This document shows, piece by piece, positions 1-12,000 of a DNA stretch of 64,000 nucleotides. A program made the position numbers and the translations under genes. The DNA is from Klebsormidium nitens (taxonomy: Eukaryota > Plantae > Klebsormidiophyceae). The DNA is taken from positions 34,625 to 98,624 of the forward strand of contig DF237312.1 of the NCBI GenBank assembly GCA_000708835.1. The letters are read 5' to 3'. How positions within the stretch are numbered: position 1 is the first letter of the stretch; each line of letters begins with the position of its first letter. The notes beneath the pieces were generated by a model, which searched no databases, was not told the origin of the DNA, and saw only the letters and a list, made by a program, of their open reading frames with translations.

Positions 1-2
1 AA

Positions 3-3000
3 GAAAAGCCCATCTCCTCCAATTCGTCCCCCGCCACCTCAAAGCAAAAGTGTCCGCCGCCACGGAACCCTCCCCCACGCAGTGCCCCTCCCCCTCCCAA
101 GGCCAAGCTTTCCCCACCTCCGCCCCCCAAGAAAAACCCACCTCCTCCAACTCGTCGCCCGCCACCTCCGAAAAGCCCCGTGCCTCCCCCACCACGCTCA
201 AAAGCAAATCCCCCCCCGCCGCGGCGGGCCCCGCCTCCACCCCCTGTGAGGCAGTGCAGGTCGACCTCCGATTGCCCCACGAATAAAGGCTGCTGCACCG
301 AAGAGTCTACGGGCAAAGTTGGTGAGTGTATCTCACAAGGGTAGTATAGATATCTCAAAAGAACTTGTTGACCTAAGGTTGACAATTTATCAGATTTGAC
401 AATCTGTGCGTGTTCCATGCACAAGCTGGTTGTTTGCTAAGTGATATCGAAAGAGTTGTGTGATCTCTTTCATTATTTGCTAGCTCCTTCATTCCATTCG
501 TAACGTTTGCAAAGACATAGATGGCTGCCAGTGATCCTGGCTGCCTCTTTTTGGACACGTCGTTACGTTGGAATTCCAGTTGCATGTGCAACTCGCTGTG
601 CTTGAAATGAAAAGCACTACTACCCTGGCTTAGATTTAAGACATTCTGAGTTAACTCAGAGGATTCGGAGATATCACCAGGCACCCATTATGCACTATCA
701 AAGAAAGGCCTTCTTTTCGTGGTTCTCTTTCAATAACTGTTGCGTATTTACATTTAGATCTTTTCTCAGAAAGAAGACTCGCTCTTCTCATTGCTATGGT
801 TTTTTTGACCTCTCTTACTCTCCGTTGCTTCATTAGAGCTCGAATGAAGAGCATCGAAGTACTTCCAAGCTTCTTCTTCTTCTCTGGCAGCGCGTCCTTC
901 ATAAACGTCTTCTATCTCCGACCCTGACAATCGTGTCCACCCCTTTCCAGGCGTTTGCACAAATGTGCCAGTATTGTCAAATGGAACCCAGGTCTGCTAC
1001 AGCTGCAATTATTTCAACGGGCCGACCTGCCCTCCTGAATTCGGAGTATGCTGCTCCGACGGAGAGTGCAGAGCGTCGGCCAATGAGTGCACCTGTTTCT
1101 ACACCTCATCCGACTGTCCAACAGGCCATTGTTGCAACCACGACTACTTTACGAGCTCTTCAGGTGCGCGACCCAAGGTCTATGAGACGAGCAAGGAGTT
1201 TACCCGCTAGCAGCATGATGGGGCCCCCTGTTGCGTGCTCAGAGAAATGACGCGTTGAATCTGCGCAGGGATCTCTTCAAGTGGGTTATCGTTCAGCTTC
1301 GAAGTTTCAAAATCTCTAGGCCTTCAAGCTGAAGTCTCTTGTAGAAAGAGTGAGGAGTGACACACGTGGTTCAATACCTAGGGCGCAGACGCTAGCAAGG
1401 TGTGCAATGTGTCTCATGCAAAACATTGATGAGTTGCAGTTGGCTTCTAGACCGAAACTGATCAAGGTGTTTGCTCTTTCTTGTGAGAAGTTGCCCACAA
1501 TTTCTATGTCTTTTCTCCGGCAGGTTTCTGTACCGATATGCCAGTCCTTTCGAACGGCACCCAGGTTTGTTTTGACTGTCATGATTTCAACGGCCTCGTC
1601 TGCCCTGACAACAAGGCTTTCTGCTGTCCCGACGGAAAGTGCGCTGCAAACGAGAGTGCATGCACCTGCCAATCCTCAGATTCATGCCCCGCTGGGTATT
1701 GCTGTACTGGATCGAACGGTGTCGATGGTAAGCGTTGTCACGCTTGGGCTTGTTCTTGTTCTGAAGGTTTCGACTGAATACATGTGACTTGTTTTGCAAG
1801 TGAACAGGCTCTTCGAGGTTGGCCAGTGGCATGCACGTTTGAGGTGCAAGCTTTCGAGAAGGGCGTTCTGTTGGTCTTGCTAGTTGCTGCTACCACTTCG
1901 CCATTTGTACGCACCTGTTACGACACGAAAGTCCTTGCAAATGGCATACAGGTCTGCCCGCAATGCAATAACTTCAACGGTCTCAGCTGCCCGACTTCCA
2001 AACCGTTTTGCTGCCCCAACCACGCAGAATGCGGCGCGAGTGAGAGCGGTTGCAAGTGCGAAGCCTGCACCTGCGACTACCTTAGCGAATGCCCCACCGG
2101 TTTCTGCTGTACTGAAGCGAGCCCCGGCCAGACAGGTGTGTTGCGTCGTTGCCATCCGTCTGATCAAGATGTCGTCAGGAAGGTCGGCTCCTCAGTGTAG
2201 ATCTCTATGCATTGATGATGCGGCGGCTAGGACGTTTGACGGTTTCTGAAACGTTTCTCTGAACACCTTTGGTCTATACCATGGCAATCCTAGCGCCGCC
2301 TATCAGGATCTTTGAGTCCCTTACGAGGATGAAACGCCGTTGGATTCCCTTGCTATTCTTAGAGCTTCGGTCATTTGGGACCAACTTGACGTTGGCAACC
2401 ATTTCAAACGTCGAGGGCCAAGCTCCCGCTGGATTGAGACGATGCGAAAGGGTGTTGTGAGTGCGTTACCCCGTGCAGAATACCTGGAGAATCAATTTGA
2501 GATCTCGCCGATAGCTATGGGCAGCCAACTAAGTCCTGCACGCTTCCTGTCCAGATTGCCACCTTGAAGGGACAGTACACGTCTGGCTTTTTGGATTTTT
2601 CCCAAGCTGGGGTGGTCTTTCATCTCGCAATCTTTGGCAATCTGGTTTTTAGCTCTTCTCATCTGATGATCGGACTTTCACCTTCTTGTCCCAAATCAAC
2701 ATGATCCAAAGACGCGTGTCCCTGCAGGGAGGTGCACGAACGCGCCCATCAACAGCAGCGGCAAGCAGGTTTGTCCAAATTGCAACTATTGGAACGGGCT
2801 GAGCTGCCCCGCTGGCAAAGGAACGTGCTGCGCAAATTCAGGGCAGTGCGTTGCATCTCCAACCTCCTGTCCATGTGAAGGCTCCTACGATTGCCCCTCC
2901 AACACTTGTTGCAGCACCGAGTACGAGTCCGACAACTTGAATTACAAGCAGGGTGAGTATAAGCTCAATACTGTAGCCGTGAGTACAATAACGTGATGAC

Positions 3001-6000
3001 TGAGCGTAGGCCTGAAGTGTAACCCGGATAAATCCTAAGCGTACTCCACTTTGTTACCAGTGAGAGCTCCGAGTCTGACAACCTGCTGGTGGGGTGCCTC
3101 CGCTGAAGGCCTGCTTCGTTGATGATCTCGAATGGCGGAAACCTATTTCAATGGTGGCCCACTCGGGCAAAGTCAAGCCCGGGTCGAGGGTCGCGTTCTC
3201 ACTTTCTGCTTCCTGTGTAATTGCTTCTTTCTTCACTCCTCCGAGATTGCAAGCTGACTCGATCTTGTGTCACACAGGTATTGAGATTTTAGATGAGCTG
3301 TCAGTGCAAGAGAGTTGTTTCTCCAACATTAACCCTCCAGGAATTGCGCAAAATGTTCGATGTCGATCGTTGTTTCCAAATGTGTTGCAAGTATTTCGTT
3401 GTACGATCCTCTTCGTGTCCGGAATTTTGAGCCGCCACCTCAGACCTGCTGCACCCTCTCACGACCCCGGGTCGACGTCATTTCTGCAACCACCACTGAA
3501 TTTGATAGCCTTTCTGACCGGTGACCACTTGCAAGTTGCAAAAACTTGCAAAATTCTCATCTGATTGTAATTCGTGGCTCGTGGTTTTCAATTCTGGCTC
3601 GATCGCTTTCACACCGTTCGCAGATTGGCAACAGCGACAAGATCAGGCAAAGTGTCTGATTGAAAGCTCCTCCTTTACCACTCGTAGGTACCTGTTACAA
3701 GAGAGCAGTCCTTGCAAACGGCACACAAATCTGCCCGAACTGCAACCTCTTCAACGGTCTCAGCTGCCCCGCTTCTAAACCAACGTGCTGCCCCGCGTCA
3801 GGAGAGTGCGCTGCAAATGAGAGCGCATGCACCTGCGAATCGTCCTATTCATGCCCCGATGGGTTCTGTTGTACTGGATCGAACGGTGTCGATGGTAAGC
3901 ATTGTCATGCTTGGGCATGTTTCAAAAGATAAAGGTTCTGATTGATTACCGGTGACTTGTTTTACGAGTGATCATACTCTCTGAGATTGGCTTGGCATGA
4001 ACGTACTTTGAAATGCAAGTTTTCGAAAAGGGCTTTCTGTTGGTCTTGCGCTAGTTGCTGCTACCACTTCGCCATGTGTAGGCACCTCTTACGGCACGCC
4101 AGTCCTTGCAAATGGCACACATGTCTGCCCGCAATACAATATCTTCAACGGTCTCAGCTGCCCCGCTTTCCAACCGTTCTGCTGCCCAACCGTGCAGAAT
4201 GCGCCGCTGGTGGAAGCGGTTGCAAGTGCGGACGCTGCCCCTGCCAGTACTCCAGCCAATGCCCCACCGGTTTCTGCTGTACTGAGGAGGGCTCCGGCCA
4301 AACAGGTGCGTTGTGTCGTTGGCCTCCGTCTGTCAAGGTGTCTTTAGGAAAGTCGGCTCCTCACCTGTTGATCCATAAGCATTGACGATGTGACGGCTAG
4401 GACGCAAATTGATTTTTTCTTGGACGTTTCTGTGAATACCTTCGGTCTATCATTCGGTGACCAATCCCAGCTCCGTCTTCCAGGATCTTGGAGCACGTTG
4501 TGAGGATGAACGCCGTTGGGTTTCCCCCGCCATTCTGAGTAGAGCTTCGGTCATTTTTGGACCAACTTGACATTGCTGATCGTTTCAAAACTTCGTGGGC
4601 CAAGCTTCCGTTGGATTGAGACAATCCGAAAGGGTGCTGTGAATGCGTTACCCCGTGCATAATACCTAGGGAATCAGTTTGATCGCCGATAGCTACTGGC
4701 AGCCAAGCGAAGTCTTGCACGCTTCTTGTCCAGATTGCCACCGCCACCTCGAAAGGAAAGTACTCGTCTGGCTTTTGGATTTTTCCTAAGTTGGGGTAGT
4801 CTTTCATCACTCGAATCTTTGGCAAAAATAAAAAAATGCATTCTAAAATGTGCAGTAGACTTCTACCTTCTTGTCCCAAGCCAACATTATTGAAAGACGT
4901 CTGTCCTTGCAGGGAAGTGCACGGACGCGCCCATCGACAGTGGCGGCACGCAGGTGTGTCTAGACTGCAACGATTGGGACGGGCTGAGCTGCCCGGCCGG
5001 CAAAGGAACGTGCTGCGCAACGGGGCAGTGCGTCGCATCAGGAGCCTCCTGCCCATGCTTCGGCTCCGACAACTGCCCGGACAACACTTGCTGCAGCCGC
5101 GAGTACGAGTACGACTACGACGACTACGAGTACTACCGTCCCAAGCAGGGTGAGTATAACCCCAAAGCTCAGCACGATAATGTGATGGGTTAGCGTAACC
5201 CTGAAGTGTAACCTTGATTCAATCCTGAGCGCATTCCACGTTGTTACCAGTGAGCGCTTCGGTTCTGACCCTCCCTGCTGGGGGGGTGCCTCCGCTTGAA
5301 GGCCTGCTAATTTGCGCGGATACCTCGAACAGGGGGAATTGTGTACTGATGCAGGCCCTAGCCGGGCAAAGTCTGGCACGAGTTGAGGTTCCCGTTTATT
5401 TCTGCTGAGTGTGTGATTGCGTCTTTTTTCACTCCTCCGAAGTTGCAAGCTGATTCCATCTCGTGTCACACACGATTCTCTAGTCAAAAACTTATGAGAT
5501 GTCAGTGCGGGAAGAATTCTTTTCCAACATCATCCTCCAGGATTTGCGTTGAATACTATGTCGATCGTCTTTTCCAAATATGCTGCAAATGTTTTCAGTA
5601 CGATCCTCCTCGTGACAGAAAAGCTCGAGCCGTCACCCAGAAATGTTGCGCCCTCTGACAACCCCGGATCGACGTCATTTGAAACTCTGACATCCTGAAC
5701 TTTTCAACCATCCCTCACTTTTAGGACCTTTTTGACCGGTGACCACTTGCTCTCAATCGATTGCATTTTGTCGCTCATGATTGCATTTCTGGCTTGATCG
5801 CTTTCACACCGTTTAAAGATTGGCAAAGGCGACAAGATTCCGACAGATTGTCTGATTGAAATTCTCCTCTTCGCCGCTCGCAGGTACCTGTTATGGCTCG
5901 CCATTCCTTGGAAACGGCACACAAATCTGCCCAGACTGCAACAATCTGAACGGTCTCAGCTGCCCTGCCGGCAAAGGAACGTGCTGCCGGACAGGGGAGT

Positions 6001-9000
6001 GCGTTGCGTCAGGAATTACCTGCCCATGCAGAGGCGCCTCCGATTGCCCGGTCAACACTTGCTGCAGCAGCAATTCCGAGTACGATCCCGACACCGGGGA
6101 TTTAAAGCGGGGTGAGTATAACCCTAAAGCTGCAGTCGCGAGTACAATAACCTGATTGGTTGAGCGTAACCCTGAAGCATAACCCCGGAAGAATCCTAAC
6201 GTACTCCATGATGTTACCGGTAAGAGCTCCGAGTCCGACAACCTGCTGGTGGGGTGCCTCCGCTGAAGGCCTGCTAAGTTGGGCGGATACCTCGAATAGG
6301 GGAGTGTTGTACTGATGCCCAGTCGGGCAAAGTCAACCACGAGTCGAAGGTCCCGTTCTCAATTTCTGCTGCTTGTGTGATTGCGTCTTTTTTCAATCCT
6401 CTGAAGTTGCAAGCTGATTCGATGTCGTGTCTCACAAACTTTTTGGATTGTTAGGTAGGCTGTCAATGCAGACGGAGCTCTTTTCAAACTTTACCCCCTT
6501 AGGAACTGCTATGAAGGATATGTCAATCCTCTTTTCCAAGTATGCGGGAAGTCTTTCGTCTACGATTCTCTAAGTTGTGTCCGGGATTCTGAGCCGCCAC
6601 ATCAGGCTTGCTGCACCCTCTCACAACCCCGGATCGAGGTCATTTCTTCAAGCATCGCTCAATTTGATAGCCGTTTCGACCGGTAACCACTTCTTCTCAA
6701 ATGATCGCAACTCGTGGCTCATGGTTTTCATTCCGGCTCGATCGTATTCACACCTTTCACACATTGGTAAAAGCGACAAGATCGGGCAAAGTGTCTGTTT
6801 GAAATTTTCTTCTTTCCCGCTCGTAGGTACCTGTTACAACACGCCAATCCTTGCAAACGGCACACAAATCTGTCCGGAGTGCAACCGCCTGAACGGTCTC
6901 AGCTGCCCCGCTTCTAAACCAACGTGCTGCGCGTCAGGAGACTGCGCTGCAAACGAGAGCGAATGCCCCTGCCTGTCCTCATATTCATGCCCCGATGGGT
7001 TCTGCTGTTATAGATCGAACGGTATTGATGGTAAGCAATGTGACGCTTGGGCTTTTTCTAATTGGTGAAGGTTCTAATTGATTGCCTGTGACTTGTTTTA
7101 CGAGTGATCAAACTCTTAAAGATTGACTTGGCCTACACGTACTTTTGAGGGTTCAAGGTTTCGAGAAGGGCGTTCTGTGGGCCTTGCTAGTCGCCGCTAC
7201 CACTTCGCCGTGTGTAGGCGCCTGTTATGACGTGACACGCCAGTCCTTGCTTATAGCACAGTGGCACACAAGTCTGCCCGCAATGCAATAACTTCAACAG
7301 CCTCAGCTGCCAGGCTCTCACACCGATCTGCTGCCCCAATCACGCAGAATGCGCTGCAAATGAGAGCGGTTGCAAGTGCAAAGTCTGCACCTGCACGTAC
7401 TCCGGCCAATGCCCCATTGGTTACTGCTGTACTGAGGAGAACTCCGGCCAAACAGGTGCGTTGTGCCGTTGGCCTCCGTCTGATCAAGATGTCTTCAGGA
7501 AGGTCGGCTCACTTGTCAATCCATAAGCATTCACGATGTGGTGGCTAGGACGACGCAATTTGATGTTTCCTTGGACATTTCTCTAAATACCTTTGGTCTA
7601 TCGTATGGCAATCCCAGCGCCGCCTTTCGGAACCTGGAGCACGTTGCGAGGATGAAACACCGTTGGGTTTTCCCCGCCATCATTAGTGGAGCTTCAATTC
7701 GGTTATTTCTGGACCAACTTGACGTTGCTAACCATTTCAAAATGTCGAGGGCCAAGCTTCCGCTGGATTGAGACGATCCGAAAGGGCTTTGTGAATGCGT
7801 CACCCCGTGCAAAATACCTAGAGAATCACGTTGATCGCCGATAGCTACGGGCAGCCAACCAAAGTCTTGCACGCTTCCTGTCCACCTCGAAAGGAAAGTA
7901 CTCGTCTGGCTTTTTGGATTCTTTTCAAGTTGGGGTAGTCCTTCATCACTCAATCTTTGGCAACCTGGTTTTTCGCATAATTTCTAAAATACTCAATAGA
8001 CTTCCACCTTCGTGTCCCCAGGCAACATGATACAAACACGCGTGTCCTTGCAGGGAAGTGCACGAACGCGCCCATCGACAGCGGCGGCACGCAGGTGTGT
8101 CCAGACTGCAACGATGATTGGAACGGGCTGAGCTGCCCGGCCAGCAAAGGAACGTGCTGCGAAACGGGGCAGTGCGTCGGATCAGAAGCCTCCTGCCTGC
8201 CATGCAGAGGCTCCTACGATTGCCCGGACAACAATTGCTGCAGCCGCGAGTATGAGTACGACTACGACACCGGGAGTTACGCGCAGGGTGAGTATAACCA
8301 AAAGCTGCAGTGTGATTACGATGGGCGAACGTAACCCTGAAGTGTGACCCCGGATGGATCCTAAGCGTACTCCACGTTGTTACCAGTGTCAGGCTTTTAG
8401 GGTTTTTGGGTGTCAGGGGTTTTAGGGATTGAGAGCTCCGAGTCTGTAAACCTGCTGGTGGGGTGCCTCCGCGGACGACGTGCTTCGTTGCGCGGATGAC
8501 CCCGAACAGGAGAACTGTCTACCGATGCCCAGCCCGGCAGAGTCGGGCGCGAGTCGAGGGTCCCCTTCTCGCTTTCTGCTCCTTGTGAGATTGCGTTTCT
8601 TTTCACTCCTCCGAGGTTGCAAGCTGATTCGATGTCGTGTCACACAAATTTATTTGATTATATTCCCTCTCAGATGAGCGGTCAGTGCGGGAGAATACTT
8701 TCTCAACATGAACCCTCCAGTAATGCTCAGAATATCGTGTCGATCGTCTTTTCCAAATTTGCTGCAAGCAATTTGTGTCCGATCCTCCTCGTGTCTGGAA
8801 ATTTCGAGCCGCCACCCTAGACTTGCTGCACCCACTCACGACCTCGATTCGACGTCATTTCTTTCAACCGTCGCTCAATTTCCATAGCCTTTTTGACTGG
8901 TGACCACTTGCTCCTGATCAATCGCAATTTGTGGCTCTTGCTTTGCAATTCCGGCTGGATCGCTTTCACACCGTGCTCAGATTGGCAAAAGCGAAGTTCC

Positions 9001-12000
9001 GGCAAAGTGTTTGATTGAAATCCTTCTCTTTTCCGCTCGCAGGTACTTGTTACACCACGCCAGTCCTTGCAAACGGCACACAAGTCTGCCCGAACTGCAA
9101 CTATTGGAGCGGGGTGGACTGCCCTGCCGGAAAAGAAACGTGCTGCGCAACGGGGCAGTGCGTCGCGTTGGGAACCACCTGCCCATGTAGAGGCGCCTCC
9201 GATTGCCCGGAAAACACTTGCTGCAGCCGCGAGTACGAGTACGACTTCGGGGGTTACAAGCAGGGTGAGTGTAACCCAAATCTGCAGTCGCGAGTACAAT
9301 GACCGAATCGGGTGAGCGAAACCCTAGAGCGAACCCCGGATGAATCCTAAGCATACTCGACGTTGTTACCAGAGAGAGTTGCAAGTCTGGCAACCTGCTG
9401 GTGGAGTACCTCCGCCGAGGGCCTGCTTCGTTGCGCGGATGACCTCCAACAAGGGAACCGTATACTGAAGGTGGCCCAGTTGGGCAAAGTCAGGCACGAG
9501 TCGAGGGTCCCGTCCTCACTTTCTGTTGCTTGTGTGATCGATTCTTTTTTCGCTCCTCCGAAGGTGCAAGCTGACTCGCTCTCGTGTCACACAGATTTTT
9601 CGAATTCTTACAGATGAGCTGTCAGCGGAAAACAATTATTTTCAACATTCGCCCTCCAAGATTTGCGCTGGATGTTGAGTCGATCGTCTTTTCCGCACAT
9701 GCTGCAAGTATAGCGTTTACGATCCGCTTCGCGTCCGGAATCTTGAGTTCAGACCTGGTGCACCCTCTCACGACCCCGGATCGACGTCATTCCTTTAGCC
9801 ATCGCGCAACTTGATAGCCCTTTTCACTGGTGACCACTTGCTTTCGATTGATTGCAATCTGTGGCTCGTGGTTTTGATTTTGGCTCGAGTGCTTTTACAC
9901 CGTTCACAAATGGGCAAAAGCGACAAGATCGGGCGAAGTGTCTGATTGAAATCTACTCGTTGCCGCTCATAGGTACCTGTTACAACACACCAGTCCTTGC
10001 AAACGGCACACAAATCTGCGCGGACTGCAATTTTCTGAACGGACTCAGCTGCCCCGCTTCTAAACCAACATGCTGCCCGCTCGGAGAATGCGCTGCAAAC
10101 GAGAGCGCATGCACCTGCCAATCGTCGGATACATGCCCCTCCGTTGATTTATGTTGTATTGGATCGAACGGTGTCGATGGTAAGCGCTGTCACGCTTGGG
10201 CTTGTTTGAAATGATGAAGGTTTCCAAGGATCGATCGCCTGTGGCTTGTTCTGCAAGTGATCAAACTCTTCAGTTTGTCTTGGCATGCACGTACTTTTGA
10301 GGTGCAAAGTTTCTAGAAGGACGTTATGTTGGTCTTGCTAGTTGCTTCTACCACTTTACCATTCGTAGGCACCTGTTACGACACGCCAGTCCTTGCAAAT
10401 GGCACACAGGTCTGCTTGCAATGCAATTACTTAGAATGGTCTCAGCTGCCTGGCTTCCAAACAGTTCTGCTGCCCCCGTCACGCAGAATGCGCCGCGAAT
10501 GAGAGCGGTTGCAAATGCGGAACCTGCCCCTGCGAGAACTCCAGCCAATGCCTCTTCGGTTTCTGCTGTACCGAAGAGGACTCCGGCGAAACAGGTGCGT
10601 TGTGTCGTTGGCCTCCGTCTAATCAAGATGTCTTTAGGAGAGTCGGCTTCTCACTTGTTAATCCATAAGCATTAACGATGTGGCGGCTAGAAGGACGCGA
10701 TCTGATGTTTCCTTGGACGTTTCACTAAACACCTTTGGTCAACTATGGGACTCTCAGCGCCGCCTATCAGGATCTTGGAGCAAGTTCCGAGGTTGAAACG
10801 ACGTTGGGTTTACCGCACCATTCTTAGAGCTTCGGTCATTTTCGGACCAACTTGAAGTTTGCTAACCATTTGAAAACGTCGAGAGCCAAGCTTCCGCAGG
10901 ATAGAGATGATGCGAAAGGGTGCCATTAATGCTTTACCCCGTTAGCGATGCACTTTGATCACCGATAGTCAACCAACCAAGTCTTGCAAGCTTCCTGTCC
11001 GACTTGCCACCCTGAAGGGACATTCCTCGTCTGGCTTTATGGATATTTTTCAGGTTGGGGTAGTCTGTCATCAATCAATCCGGTCTTTGGCTCTTCTCCT
11101 CCAATCATTAAACTTTTACCTGCTTGTCCCCAGCCAACATGATTCATCGACGCGTGTCCTTGCAGGGAGGTGCACGAACGCGCCCATCAACGGCAGCGGC
11201 ATGCAGGTGTGTCCAGACTGCAATTACTGGAACGGGCTGAGCTGCCCCGCCAGCAAAGGAACGTGCTGCTTATCGGGGCAGTGCGTGGCGCCGGATTCTT
11301 GCCCATGCACCGACGGCTGGGATTGCGCGTACAACACTTGCTGCAGCCGCGAGATTGAGTACGACAACACCGGGAATCTCAAGCAGGGTGAGTGTAACAC
11401 AAAGCTGCAAAACTCCAAAACTGCAGCCGAGTGTATGATAACCTGATGGGTGAGTGTAACCCTGAAGTAAAAACCCGGATGGATTCGAAAGTACTCCACG
11501 TTGTTATGATTAAGAGCTCCGAGTCTGACAATCTGCTAGTGGGTAACCTCCGCCGAATGCCTTCTTCCTTGCGCGGATGACCTCGAATAGGGGATTGAAG
11601 GTGGCCCAGTGGGCAAAGTCAGGCACAAGTCAAGGGTCCCGTTTTCACTTTGTGCTGCTTGTGCGATTGCTTCTTTCTTTAGTCCTCCGAAGTTGCAAGC
11701 TGATTTGATCGTGTCACACTGATGTGTCTGAATCATTAGATGAGCTGTCAGTGCAAATAATCTATTTCAACATTAACCCTCCAGGAATCGCGCTGAATGT
11801 TATGTCGATCGTCGTTTTCAAATATGATGCAAGCAGCTTCGTGTACGATCCTCTTCGCCTCCGGAAAGTTTGAGCCGCCACCTCAACATTGGCTGCACAC
11901 TCTCACGACCCCGGATCGAAGTCATTTCGTCGACCATCGCTCAATGTTGATAGCCTTTTTGACCGGTGACCATCTGCTCACTGTCATTGATCGCTTTTTG

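Noticed and set aside
1784-1910. Signal-peptide-like GVLLVLLVAATTSP upstream of a type-C module, suggesting an independent secreted peptide
   Set aside because: It is the translated pyrimidine-rich acceptor region. The frame is not preserved in sister copies and there is no consistent ATG.
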